NCBI GenBank assembly: GCA_964016885.1
Contig: OZ024744.1
Location: 29,388,001-29,452,000 of the forward strand
Length of the DNA: 64,000 nt
Direction: 5' to 3'
From: Eledone cirrhosa
Taxonomy: Eukaryota
Part shown: positions 1-12,868 of the stretch, piece after piece
How positions within the stretch are numbered: position 1 is the stretch's first letter
How the letters are laid out: the number at the start of each line of letters is the position of its first letter
Notes under the pieces: generated by a model
The model's database searches: none
Seen by the model: only the letters and a program-made list of their open reading frames with translations
What the model was told of the DNA's origin: nothing
Made by a program: the position numbers and the translations under genes

Positions 1-459
1 TTAGGTACAAAATCAAAGTTAGAAGAACAATTGTACATAAACATACCAAAATTATGTTTTTACACCCGGGGGTTTCATTCGCTTTTTTGAAATATCCAAT
101 CATGGATAAATCAACGAGTTTCGAAATCATCAGGAAACAAACTCAATTAGACAAAGATTTTTCTTAAATGATCCCCGCCAGAAACGAATTCGAAATGGCT
201 AAGAATTGTCACATGGCCTGTGGTCAAGTCAGAAAGCTTGTGATTGGTGCCTGACGGCGAGTAGGCTGGTTGCTAGAAAGCACAGCCGAATATTGCCTAA
301 AGTTTTACTCAACCTTACGGGAGTATATAAAATATAGAGGTTTACATATACAGAAACTAGACAGAACCATATATATATATATATATATGCTTTTGGCAAC
401 CATTTACGGTGTGGCTCAATGACGAATTAATTAATTAAATAATCAACAATCAGAGCAAT

Positions 460-3400
460 ATATAAGCAGGACCAACAACAACTGCAAAGACCACCAAGAT
501 CATCTATGGACCACTCCAAAGAAGCTCTCCTTCTCCCCCCTCTCGAACACACACACACTCCCACTTACATCTGACACAAACACAGAAACCTCTTCATCAC
601 TGAGCGAAGATGAGGAGGAACACCAGAAGCCAAAAAAGAAAAGAAAAAAAAGAAAACACAAGAAATCTCACACACCAACACAAACAGCAAACAAAAAAGA
701 CACATTCGCACCAAACACAGACACACATACTACAACACCCACCCCTGCAACAACACAACCTTCAACACAAACACCATCTACACCAACAACACTACCACTA
801 ACACAAACAACTAAAAGAAAACACACACAGCAGCAACTCACAACCACAACAACACCTAACTTTATGTCAGTGAGGAAATCGAACACAAAACTACTGAACC
901 TCATAACACGCAGCAAGGAAATAGAGAAAGAGGGGGAGGCGTTTAACACCTGCACCTTAAAGGTGCCACAAACACTTTTTCTGGGGCGAATGCCATTAAG
1001 CAATTATAAAACAATTAGGGAGAGCTTCCCCAACGATATGGGAACACCCAGTGTAAAAGCCTCAAGTAGGCTTTTAAAGGGGTTCCCAAAAGAAACCCGA
1101 CCAACCATGGAGGTCGAACCACCCGACCTTCACAAGAGCCCGGGAGGTAAGTAAACCTTTCCTCTCTCTTTTAGCCTGCCTACATGGCCATATTAATTGT
1201 AGCAAGTTTAAATGTTCGAGGCCTGGGATCGTCCTGGAAGCAGGGTCACCTGCTCAACGATCTCAGGTCCCTAGAAATGGATGTAATTGCCATCAGCGAG
1301 ACCAGGATTTCTGACACGCGTGCACTAGCCCCTATTTTGACGACTATCAGATCTTCATATCTGTTAGTCGGTCGGGAATGGGAGGTGGGGTAACAGTGGT
1401 GTTTAGGAAGGGTTGGATCTCAAGGTAAGGTCGATCTTCCGAGACCCGGATGGTAAGTTGGTGGTCCTGGACATGAACAATAGCGAGGGTGGTGCCTTTA
1501 GGCTGGTGGCAGTCTACGCTCCTACCGGGGCAGGACGGCCGGATTTCTTTAAACGCCTGGAAGCCTTTCTGGCTACGTCCGGCCCTTTACTGTTAGCGGG
1601 GGACTGGACCGGCATCTGAGGCGCACGCTGGGACTGTGTGGGAGTATCTGATAGGAGCTGGGGGTGGGGGGGTGTAAAAGCATCAAGTACTTGATCAACC
1701 AGTTCCAACTGTCTGACAGGTACCGACTAGATTTCTTTAATGCGCCAGTGTGAACCTGAACAAACCGTTTAGTGAATCTAGATCGCACTTAGATAGGTTT
1801 CTAATTAGATTAGTGGATAAGGATAGTATAGGGTGTCCACAATTACATACGGTCACCACAAGTTTGTGATCTATATGGTCGATCTAGATAAGACGCGTAG
1901 TTTAGGACTTGGTTACTGGAAGTTGAACATGTCGTTTCCGGCACGTAAGGCTTACAGGGACCGGGTCAACAATTTAGTTAAGCAAAAGTTGACAGAAGGC
2001 GGGGGAGGGGGGTCGTCAACAACAGATGATGGGGGGCTCTCAAAAGAGAGATTAGGGTAATGTCGATAGGGTTTAGCAAAGAAGTAGCGTCAGAGAAAAA
2101 ATAGAAAGGAGGGGGAGCTAGTAGATAAGTTAGACGAGGCTATTTGGAGTGGCATTCCAACGTACGTGCTAGCAGTGAGAATGGCATCAGACCATTTCTT
2201 CAATTCGAAACACGAAGTTTGCATTGTCGGAGCTAAGGCGCGTGCTCTGAGAAATAAGGGAACCAAAGCTGTTCGATGGGCCCACATGGCGGAGGCGCAG
2301 CGTGGTAATAAAACCACAATTCGGTCTTTGGCGGACCGAGACGGACACGGGCTGAGCGATACCAGGCGGATGTGTGAGGCCTTTCGCCAGCATTTTGCTA
2401 GGTTGTTCGGGTGAGTGGCGGGTCAGAAACAGTAGCGGACTTCAGTCCCTACCTTAACGGCTTGCTGCAACTCTCGACAGCTGACGCTTAGCGTTGCGGT
2501 AGGCCGATAACTTCAGCCGAAATTCAGAATGCCCTTGTCGGCTGCACGATGCGAAACTCACCCGTTTTAGATGGTCTGTCCCACGAGCTTTACGTAAATA
2601 TGCCAAACTTGTTCTCCGATTTCCTCGAAGCGCTCTACTGCAACCTGCAGCAGAATTGGAGTATTCCCAGCTCTGTGAGCCGGGTGTAGTAACGCTGATA
2701 AGGAAGGACGAGAACAAGAGGGTCACATTAGATAACTTCAGGCCCATAATTCTGCTCAACACAGAGTTTAAGATTTTGGCCAAGGTGTTAGCAAAGAGAT
2801 TGGCGGTTGTCGTCGAGGATTTACTTGGCAAGGCGCAAACTTGCGCAATCCCGACCAGATCCATACACGACAACCTCCACCTCATGCGATACATCATAGA
2901 GAGAGTAGGGTGTAAACCTGGCTTCGGTGGGCTCTGATCAATTTAGATTAATTGAAAGCATTGGATAGGGTCGACCATCGGTACCTGGAGGCTGTCCTCA
3001 AGGCAGCTGGCTGGCCCCGTCTTCAGAAGCTGGATCGCTGCATTACACAGCGACAACTGGTCGGTGGTCAAAGTTAATGGCCACCTCTCGGAACCGTTTC
3101 AGATCTCCCGATCGGTCCGTCAAGGGCTCCCTCGCTCTTCCATTCTGTACGTATTGACTCCAGAGCCTTTACTGCTGAAACTGCAGCTGTTGCACGGCAT
3201 CCCGTTCGAACTGAGACGTGGAAAGGCTGTGTCGGCTTATGCGGATGATTCATCGGGATGGTGTTGGACACCACAGAAGTCGAGGTGGTCGGCAACTTAT
3301 TGGAGGAATATGAAAAGTTGACGGGAGCAAAACTTAACCCGGAAAAGTAGGTGGGCTTGCAACTCGGCACCTGGAGAGGCAATTGCGTGCCGTCGTCCAA

Positions 3401-4207
3401 CAGCATCATTAGGCACTGGAAGGACGGGCCGGGAAAGTTGCTCAGGGTTTGGTTCGGCCCAGACCTCCAAGTGGATAAGAATTGGAACGAGGTGACGAGC
3501 AGGGTAGCCAGTATCACCCAGAAATAGGCTACGAGGAAGCTATCACTGAAATGTCGCGTGGAGGTGGCGAATGCGTACATCGCATCCGTCATCTTCTACC
3601 GCCTGACCGTCGTCCCTTGCCCCCGTTCGGGCCTCACCAACTTTGAACGGCTCCTCGTCAAATTCTTGTGGAGGCGACAAGTTCCGTTGGTGAGGCTCCA
3701 TCTGTTGCCAGCACCCTCTACGTGGAGGGCTGTGCATGCCGTGGCTAATGATGCGCAAAACATGCGCTGAGGCTGCGGCATCTCCAGATATTCTGTCTAA
3801 AAGGTGAACAGGTGTGGTCGCCGTTTGTCAGACGAGCCTTTCCGCAGCTCGTCTCTTTGACTAAGCTGCAGTCCTGGATCAAGAAGAGACCGAGACTAGG
3901 TAACTGGCATCTGGAATGTTGCCAGGCAACCACTGCCCTCTACCAGGCGGGCAATGTGGTCAGTGGAACTTCCACTCTCGAGTTCTAAAGAGGATTAGTG
4001 GTGGGCAAATGCGACGACGCTCTCGGAGAGGCTCTGGCAGTCAACGAAGTCGAACTAACCAGTCAGTACCGGAGGACTTTCGAGCCGGGGACGATGGATA
4101 ATTTCCAAAAATTCCTCGCTTGGCAGTGCTACAGGGGGACACTGGCGGTTCGAGATAAACTCTACAGGCACGGAAGAGTTGTCAAACGGACCTGCCCGAG
4201 ATGCGCA
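460..4207 (+). mobile_element. Tx1-type (L1 superfamily) non-LTR retrotransposon, copy A; 5'-truncated, decayed, 3' end replaced by copy B
   Basis: ORF1 C-terminal remnant (864-1154) aligns with copies C and D. ORF2 fragments carry APE motifs (SLNVRG, ISET, AGDW), RT motifs (FRPIIL, YADD) and the start of the zinc finger (CPRC, ~4190-4207). The 5' boundary is approximate. Confidence 0.9.
1184..4207 (+). pseudogene. Copy A ORF2 (AP endonuclease + reverse transcriptase), many stops and frameshifts
   Basis: ORF pieces 1184-1393, 1413-1619, 1833-2060, 2166-2414, 2656-2937, 3064-3321, 3558-3770 and 3998-4207 are colinear with the near-intact ORF2 of copy C. Confidence 0.9.
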
Positions 4208-4380
4208 AACATCACCAACAACAACAAGCGAAAGAGTGGAGCTGGTACCCCTCCCCGACCTCAGAGAATCGGACATGGAGTGTGAGGTGGGAGAGGGATG
4301 TCAAAAGGTCGCAAGAAGGCACAAACGCAGAAGCAGCGCATCCTCGCATTCGAAAAGGGAGGAAAGAAATGGAAAAAGGG

Positions 4381-6936
4381 AATAGGCAGCATAAATGCGC
4401 GTGGCTTGGGATCGTCATGGAAGCAGCAGCCACCTGCTCAACGACCTCAGGTCACTAAACATAGATGTAGTGGCCATCAGCGAGACCAGAATCTCCGAAG
4501 CACGGGCCTTCGCACCGATCTTCGGCGGCTACGATGTGTACGCATCTCCCAGCCGTCCTGGATCGGGGGAAGAGTTGCTGTGCTTTTTCGGAGAGCTTTG
4601 GATCTCGCCAAACGGGCCATCTTCCTGGACCCAGAAGGTAAGTTAGTGGTGCTGGACGTGACCAGCGGAGACGGGCAAGCATTCAGGCTAGTGGCCGTCT
4701 ATGCCTCAACAGGAGCAGGGCGGCCTGATTTCTTCTGGCGTTTGGAGACCTTTCTAGGAACGTCCCGCTCTTTAATGTTAGTGGGCGACTGGAACGGGAT
4801 CTTAGATGCACGCTGGCACTGAAGCGGAGTGTTGCGAAAAGCCGAGAACAACCGCTGAAGTACGGGAGGCAATGACTGGCTGCACAAGGGGTAAATCGCC
4901 TTGTTTGGATGGTCTGCCCTATGAACTTTACGTACAGATGCCAGACTTGTTCGGGGGCCTCTTGGCGGACATCTACTGCAACTGGCAACTGAACGGGAGA
5001 ATTCCCAGCTCTGTGAGCCGAGGAGAGGTGGCACTGCTGAGAAAGGATCTGAACAAGGGGGATAATTTCAGGCCCATAACTCTGCTAAACACAGAGTTCA
5101 AGATTTTGGCCAAGGTGCTAGCAAAGAGGTTGGCGCTTGTCGTTGGTGGTCTGGTGGGAGAGGTGCAGACATGCGCCATTCCCGACAGATCCATCCACGA
5201 CAACCTCCACCTCATGCGATACATCGTAGAGAGGGTAGCTAGGGAACCTGGCACGGGTGGGTCCTTGATCAATTTAGATCAGTCGAAAGCTTTCAATAGG
5301 GTCGACCATCGTTACCTAGCGGCAGTCCTGAGGGCGGCTGGCTTTGGGCCTGTCTTCAGAGGCTGGATCGCTACCATGCACAGCGACATCTGCTCTGTGG
5401 TGAGAGTGAACGGTCACCTTTCGGAACCGTTCAACATCATGCGCTCGGTCCGCCAAGGATGTCCCCTTTCGTCCCTCTTGTACGTATTGACTCTCGTATT
5501 TACTTCACAAACTGGAGACGTTGAGGGGCGTCCCGCGCGAACTAGGATGCGGAAGATCCGTGTCAGCATATGCGGACGATGTCACCGTAGTGGTGTCGAA
5601 CGCCAAACACATCGAGGCGATCGGCACTACACTAAGAGAATACGAAGCGGTGACAGGAGCAATGATCAACCAGGAAAAGTCAGTGGGCCTGCAGCTCGGC
5701 ACCTGGAGAGGCAAGTCCATGCCGTCCAACAGCGTCGTCGGACGCTGGACAGACGGACCGGTTAAATTGCTAGGGGTCTGGTTCGGTCCGGACCTCCAGA
5801 CGGACAAAAACTGGGACGAGGTGACGAGCAGGGTGGCTTCTCTCACCCAGAAATGGGCCGAGAGGAAGCTATCCCTGAAAGGTCGAGCGGAGGTGGCTAA
5901 CGCGTACATCGCGTCTGTCATCTGCTACCGCCTGACCGTCGTACCTTGTCCTAAGCCTCGCCTGACTGCGCTGGAGCGTTTGCTCTTTCGCTTTTTGTGG
6001 AAGGGACGTGCTCCGATGGTCAGGCGGTCCATCTGCTGTCAACACCTGTTACGTGGAGGGCTGGGAATGCCGTGGCTGATGATGCGCAGGTACGTGCTCA
6101 GGCTACGACATCTCCACCTCTTCCTCGACGGTGATCAGGTGTGGTTGCCGTTTGCTAGACACGTTTTCCCCCAGCTCGTTTCCTTGACGGAGCTGCAGTC
6201 CTGGATCAAGCGAAGTCTGATAGGGGGCGCCTGGAGACTGGAATGTCTTCAGGCGCTCACAGCCCTCGACCAATCGGGCAATGTGATCGGTGGAAACTCC
6301 ACCTCGGCGTTCTATAGAGGATTAGTGGAGGGGAAGAGCGACGACGTACCTGGGGAAACTCTAGGCGTCGACGAAAATCAACTAGCCAACCTTTTCGGAA
6401 GAACTTTCGGGCCAGGGCCTATGGACAACTTCCAGAAATCTCTGGCCTGGCAGTGCTACCGAGGAGCCTTGCCAGTTCGGGATAAACTCTACAGGCATGG
6501 AGGTGCTGTCAGCCGGGCATGTCCGAGATGCGCGCAGGGCGACGAAACCGTCCTGCACGCACTCGTCCAGTGTCCGAATACTGCTGACTTGTGGGTTTAT
6601 GTCGAACACCTGCTGTCGCGTGTAGGATGGATCCGGCTATCATCTGAGTCCATCGTGAGGATTGAACCGCCCTCCTCCTTTAGCGGGGAAGGGCAGGCAG
6701 TTTTTATCTGTCTGGTGGCCATGGCGAAAGAGATAGTATGGTGGACACGTTTGAAAGGGCTGAAGACGAGCACTTACCTCTTCGGTGATGCCCTGATTGA
6801 CTTTTTCAAATTTCATTTGAAAAGGAAAATCAGAGTAGAGAGGGAAGTGCTCTCTTCCCAGCATTTTGTTGAAAGATGGGTGAGAGAAGCAAGAATGTCC
6901 CGAGTGAATGGGCCTACTCTGAGTATATATCTGTAA
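4381..6936 (+). pseudogene. Copy B ORF2, frameshifted and internally deleted
   Basis: ORFs 4395-4646, 4806-5765 (N-terminal part) and 5521-6936 closely match copy C ORF2 (DQSKAF, QGCPLS, YADD, CPRC-x8-H-x4-C). Confidence 0.92.
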
Positions 6937-7185
6937 ATTAAAGGTGGAAAACTGGGAGAGGGCACTTGCCTTGGTGGTCAGAGTCACTATGGCCTTTTAC
7001 TGGTCTTTCTCCACAAATGTCCCTCCGAAGTCTCCCCCCTATTAGGGAATTTTTCATTGTTATTTTTTTGTTACATCCTCTGTTTTTGTTTTTTACACGC
7101 AGAAATGCCCATTTGAACCGTACTGTATTGTCCTGCACTGTCCTTAATGTCTACTTTATGTAAACCCTTGTTGTTAATAAAGAAA

Positions 7186-7187
<2 letters not shown>

Positions 7188-7217
<30 letters not shown>
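7188..7217 (+). repeat. (ATT)10 tail of copy B and insertion context of copy C
   Basis: Perfect trinucleotide run 6 nt after AATAAA, directly followed by the copy C leader. Confidence 0.95.
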
Positions 7218-7425
7218 GGCGACCTACGTAGTAAATCGTATCATCGTGAGCTCCGCAAAGGTTTGTTATTTCCGTTTGTTAAAAATTGCCATTTATGGAA
7301 AATTTTATTGTTAACTGTTTATAAGCACACATACATTGTTTTCCGAAAAGGACACCCAAAAAGATTGGGGCCTTGTGCCCAAAATTTTAACTTTTATTAT
7401 TATCAAAAAATTTCTTTGAAAAAAA

Positions 7426-9414
7426 ATGGCTACTTCACCTCAGAACGAAGCAGCTGAAAGTCTTCCTCACAAAATAACACCTTACACCGACACCACCATT
7501 ATAAATGTTACTACGTTTGCCAACACAAAAAAAAAATATAAGCAGTAGCAATATTTTAAATTTGTCTCAGGCAGACATTCATTTCCCGCCATTACCAATG
7601 ACTGCAGGTGTTAAAGCCTCCACCACCACCACCGCGACAACCACCACCACCACCACCACCACCGCGACAACAGAAACAAAAGAAGAAAAAAATAAATTAA
7701 ATCGTGATGTCGAAATGAAATCAAGCAAAATGGACTCTTCCCCACCAAAAACGACTGACGTCACCACCACCACAACTGAAACTAAAATTAATATTAACGA
7801 TAGCAACAACAACAATGACATTATAACCCCCCCCCCTCAGTTTCGCCAGAGTAGCAAAACAATTCGAAGCATTTACGGTAACTCAGGAAGATTTAGAAAA
7901 TGCCAAACAAATGGTAAAGAAAGTTGGGTACAGGGTCAGTCTCCCCCCCCCCACCTAATAAAATGGAGCATCGGCGCCTATGCACCGTGTCGTATAGAAT
8001 AATAAATGTAAAATCGCGCCGAGTGGAACGGGCATCCGAGTCCCAAATCCAAAAAGCTTTGGGACATGTGTGGGCAAGAAAAACCCACATCAGACGTGGG
8101 CAAAAGTATGGAACCGTGGATGTGTTCTTTGAAACACCAGAGGAGGCTAGAGAACACTCCATGGCCCCATTAAAAAGTGACGACTTCACACTCGTCCCAA
8201 GCTATTGTGGCCAGAGACTCGTAAAGATCAGGGTGACCCACGTTCCACCGGCCATCGAAATTCCCTGGCTAATAGCGGCCGTCCTCGCCGGCATCGAAGC
8301 CAACACGAAAATAATAGCAATAGCAAAAGAAAAGCAGGAAAACTGGTCCGGATCTGGGATTGAGCTCCTGATCCAAGCGGACCAAAAAAGCATTGAGGAG
8401 ATCCCAGAGGTAATAGACCTCACTGACGGCAGCCACCTCACGGTAATTGTCGAGGGCAGAAGACCTAGGTGTGTCGTTTGTGGTGAAGGAACCCACCTAA
8501 GGGCTTTCTGCCCTCAGGCTAAAAGGTTGAGGCCACCTCTCCTACCCACCCCAGTGACACAACCATCAACACCACCAGTAGCAGAGATGGCAGCAACAAC
8601 TGTAGCAGCAACAACAGAAGCAACTATAACAGCAACAACCCCAGCAACAGTAGCAAAACCAACACCACCACCACCACCAGCAAAACCAACACCACCACCA
8701 CCCAACGCTTCAGAACTAGCACCAGCGCCTACACCATCCACCACGCCACAACCAAAACTAACGGCTGTGGAGGATTTTCCACTCCCCGGCCTATCACAAC
8801 TGGAGACAGATTGTGACGACGAGGAGTGGGAAACGATATCCGGAAAAAAAAAAAAAGAAACCAAAAAAGAAAACATTCTCTTCCTTCCCCCTCCAAAAAC
8901 AAAATACAGAGGGAAACAAATAAATTAAGAAACAAAAAAAGTTAGGACAGATATGCCACCATCCACACCAGCATCACCAACCCCATCAACCCAAACACCA
9001 ACACCATCACCATCATTAACCCCAACACCACCATCACCTACACCACAAAAGTCACCAAAATGCGAAACAGAAACAAACCCACAACAAACGCAAACAAAAC
9101 AAAACAACCAAAACGATACACACTACACAGCATTAAATTTGAACAACAAGCAATTATTACACTACATCCAACACAACACCAGCATCACAGAAAAAGACTA
9201 CACAACAACCCCAAAATTCACACCACCTCCACACATACAAATCACTCGCATCACACAGAAAACGTACATGACACTAAAACAAAAATTCCCCAAAGACATC
9301 GGAGACTTCCGACAAGCACTCTCCAGGAGGATTTATAAGGACATCCTTCCTGGGGAGGCCACAAGCAGTGAAAAGGATGGAAAAACCGTCCTTCCCCTAC
9401 GAGAAGTAAGGTAA
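7426..9414 (+). pseudogene. Copy C ORF1 (gag-like nucleic-acid-binding protein with one CCHC knuckle); frameshifts only at homopolymers
   Basis: ATG at 7426; SFARVAK motif; conserved core also seen in copy D (ERASESQIQKALG.VWARKTHI.RGQKY.TVDV.F); knuckle CVVCGEGTHLRAFC; Pro/Thr linkers; C-terminal domain; TAA at 9412-9414. Frame changes map to A or C runs at ~7530, 7830, 7947, 8850 and 8937. Confidence 0.85.
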
Positions 9415-9448
9415 GTGGTCTTTCCCATCTTTTCCACTCCTTTTCAAT

Positions 9449-12400
9449 ATGACCTCACTCAGAATAGGCAGCATAAATGCGCGTGGCTTGGGATCGTCAT
9501 GGAAGCAGGGCCACCTGCTCAACGACCTCAGGTCACTAAACATAGATGTAGTGGCCATCAGCGAGACCAGAATCTCCGAAGCACAGGCTTTCGCACCGAT
9601 CTTCGGCGGCTACGATGTGTACGCATCTCCCAGCCGTCCGTGATCGGGGGGAGGAGTTGCTGTGCTTTTTCGGAGAGGTTTGGATCTTGCCATACGGGCC
9701 ATCTTCCTGGACCCAGAAGGTAAGTTGGTGGTTCTGGACGTGACCAGCGGAGACGGGCAAGCTTTCAGGTTAGTGGCCGTCTATGCCCCGACAGGAGCAG
9801 GGCGGCCTGATTTCTTCCGGCGTCTGGAGACCTTTCTTGGAACGTCCCGCTCTTTAGTGTTAGTGGGCGACTGGAACGGGATCTTAGATGCACGCTGGGA
9901 TTGTGTGGGATTAGTGGATAGGGAAGGAGGGTGCAAGATTCTCACCAACCTGCTCAGACGTTTTGAACTGTCTGACAGGTACCGAATGGATTTCCCGAAT
10001 GTACCAATGTGGACTTGGACAAACCGCATAGGGTCATCCAGATCATATCTAGATAGAGTATTTTGTAGGGAAATAGATAGGTCTAGCATAGGCTGTCCAC
10101 AATTCAAGATAGTCAGCTACACGGACCACAAATTCGTGATCTGTGTGCTTGACTTAGATAGGCTTCATAGACAAGGACCCGGCTACTGGAAGCTAAACGC
10201 GTCCTTACTAGCGCGCAAGGCCTACAGAGACCGGATTAGCGAACTAGTTAAGCGGGCGTTGACGGGGGCCATCGTCAACAACAAGTGGTGGTTTGCTCTG
10301 AAAAGAGCAATTAGAATAGAGTCCATTAGGTTTAGTAAGACTTTAGCAATAGAGAAAAATAGAGCAGAGGGAGAATTAGTTAGAAAATTAGATGAGGCGC
10401 TTAGCAAAGGCATCGCGACCGACGTACTTGCGGCGAAATTGGCCCTTGACCAATTCTTCAATGCAAAGCACGAAGGCTGCGTTGTCAGAGCTAGGGTGCG
10501 TGCTCTCAGACACGAGGGGACGAAAGCCGTTCAATGGGCCCGAGTGGCGGAGGCGCGTCGTGGCATCAAAGCCACGATCCGGTCTTTGGTGGACCACGAC
10601 GGGCGCATGCTACTCGATCCCGGGCAAATGTGTGAAGCTTTTCAGCGACACTTCGCTCAACTGTTCGGGGGCAGTGGCAGGCCGGATCGAGGGATGGACT
10701 TTAATATCTACCTCGACGGACTGCCGCGGCTTTCGGCCACTGAGGCGGAGTGTTGCGAAAAGCCGAGAACAACCGCTGAAGTACGGGATGCAATGACTAG
10801 TTGCACAAGGGGTAAATCAACTGGTTTGGATGGTCTGCCCTATGAACTTTACGTACAAATGCCAAACTTGTTCGGAGGCCTCTTGGCGGACGTCTACTGC
10901 AACTGGCAACAGAACGGGAGAATTCCCAGCTCTGTGAGCCGAGGAGCGGTGGCGCTGCTGAGAAAGGATCCGAACAAGGGGGATAACATAGATAATTTTA
11001 GGCCCATAACTCTGCTAAACACAGAGTTCAAGATTTTGGCCAAGGTGCTAGCAAAGAGGTTGGCGCTTGTCGTTGGTGGTCTGGTGGGAGAGGCACAGAC
11101 ATGCGCCATTCCCGACAGATCCAACCACGACAACCTCCACCTCATGCGATACATCGTAGAGAGGGTAGCTAGGGAACCTGGCACGGGTGGGTCTTTGATC
11201 AATTTAGATCAGTCGAAAGCCTTCGATAGGGTCGACCATCGTTACCTAGCGGCAGTCCTGAGTGCGGCTGGCTTTGGGTCCGTCTTCAGAGGCTGGATCG
11301 CTGCCATGCACAGCGACATCTGCTCTGTAGTGAGAGTGAACGCTCACCTTTCGGAACCGTTCAACATCATGCGCTCGGTCCGCCAAGGATGTCCCCTCTC
11401 GTCCCTATTGTACGTATTGACTCTCGAGCCATTACTGCACAAACTGGAGACGTTGAGGGGGGTCCCGCGCGAACTAGGACGCGGAAGATCCGTATCAGCA
11501 TATGCCGACGATGTCACCGTAGTGGTGTCGAACGCCAAACACATCGAGGCGATCGGCACTACACTAAGAGAATACGAAGCGGTGACAGGAGCAATGATCA
11601 ACCAGGAAAAGTCAGTGGGCCTGCAGCTCGGCACCTGGAGAGGCAGGTCCCTGCCGTCCAACAGCGTCGTCGGGCGCTGGACGGACCGACCGGTTAAATT
11701 GCTAGGGTTCTGGTTCGGTCCAGACCTCCAGACGGACAAAAACTGGGACGAGGTGACGAGCAGGGTGGCTTCTCTCACCCAGAAATGGGCCGAGAGGAAG
11801 CTATCCCTGAAAGGTCGAGCGGAGGTGGCGAATGCGTACATCGCATCCGTCATCTACTACCTCCTGACCGTCGTACCTTGTCCTAAGCCTAGCCTGACTG
11901 CGCTGGAGCGTTTGCTCTTTCGCTTCTTGTGGAAGGGACGCGCTCCGATGGTCAGGCGGTCCATCTGCTGTCAACACCCGCTACGTGGAGGGCTGGGCAT
12001 GCCGTGGCTGATGATGCGCAGACACGCGCTCAGGCTACGACATCTCCACCTCTTCCTCGACGGTGATCAGGTGTGGTCGCCGTTTGCGAGACACGTTTTT
12101 CCCCAGCTCGTCTCCTTGACGGAGCTGCAGTCCTGGGTCAAGCGAAGACCGAGAGGGAGCGCTTGGAGACTGGAATGTCTTCAGGCGCTCACAGCCCTCG
12201 ACCACTCGGGCAATGTGATCGGTGGAAACTCCACCTTGGCATTCTATAGGGGATTAGTGGAGGGGAAGAGCGACGACGTACTTGGAGAAACTCTAGGCGT
12301 CGACGAAAATCAACTAGCCAATCTCTTCGGAAGGACTTTCGGGACGGGGCCTATGGACAACTTCCAGAAATCCCTGGCCTGGCAGTGCTACCGAGGAGCT

Positions 12401-12868
12401 TTGCCAGTTCGGGATAAACTCTACAGGCATGGAGGTGCCGTCAGCCGGGCATGTCCGAGATGCACGCAGGGCGACGAAACCGTCCTGCACGCACTCGTCC
12501 AGTGTCCGAGCATTGCTGACTTGTGGGTTTATGTCGAACACCTGCTGTCGCGTGTAGGACGGATCCGGCTATCATCTGAGTCCATCGTGAGGATTGAACC
12601 GCCCTCCTCCTTTAGCGGGGAAGGGCAGGCAGTTTTTATCTGTCTGGTGGCCATGGCGAAAGAGATAGTATGGTGGACACGTTTGAAAGGGCTGAAGACG
12701 AGCACTTACCTCTTCGGTGATGCCCTGATTGACTTTTTCAAATTTCATTTGAAAAGGAAAATCAGAGTAGAGAGGGAAGTGCTCTCTTCCCAGCATTTTG
12801 TTGAAAGATGGGTGAGAAAAGCAAGTATGGCCCGAATGAATGGGCCTTCTCTGAGTATGTGTCTGTAA
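9449..12868 (+). CDS. Copy C ORF2: AP endonuclease - reverse transcriptase - C-terminal CCHC zinc finger (1139 codons, one internal TGA at 9641-9643)
   Basis: 9449-9643 and 9662-12868 are in the same frame. Motifs: SINARG, ISET, GDWN, YLDR, TDH; GLDG, FRPITLLN, DQSKAFD, RQGCPLS, YADD, GGLG; CPRCTQGDETVLHALVQC. No RNase H. Copies B and D have GGA at the TGA position. Confidence 0.95.

Larger units (their letters stand above)
4208..7217 (+). mobile_element. Tx1-type copy B; 5'-truncated with two internal deletions and an intact 3' end
   Basis: 4208-4380 is a mid-ORF1 fragment (VELVPLPDLRESDMECE) joined to about codon 5 of ORF2. A ~0.84-kb deletion lies at 4816/4817 (equivalent to C 9899-10737). 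RT and zinc finger run to the stop at 6936, followed by the 3' UTR, AATAAA at 7176-7181 and (ATT)10. Confidence 0.92.

Noticed and set aside
105-142. Minus-strand CTGATGA-TTTC-GAAAC hammerhead-like motif
   Set aside because: There is no stem II, and stem I pairing fails after 2 bp.
1147-1174. 28-nt GT..AG intron in the copy A spacer
   Set aside because: Probably too short for the spliceosome and out of frame; the 56-nt alternative is reported instead.
9449-12868. Bacterial retron, group II intron or defence-type RT
   Set aside because: The APE-RT-CCHC layout, upstream gag-like ORF and polyadenylation signal identify an L1/Tx1-type LINE.
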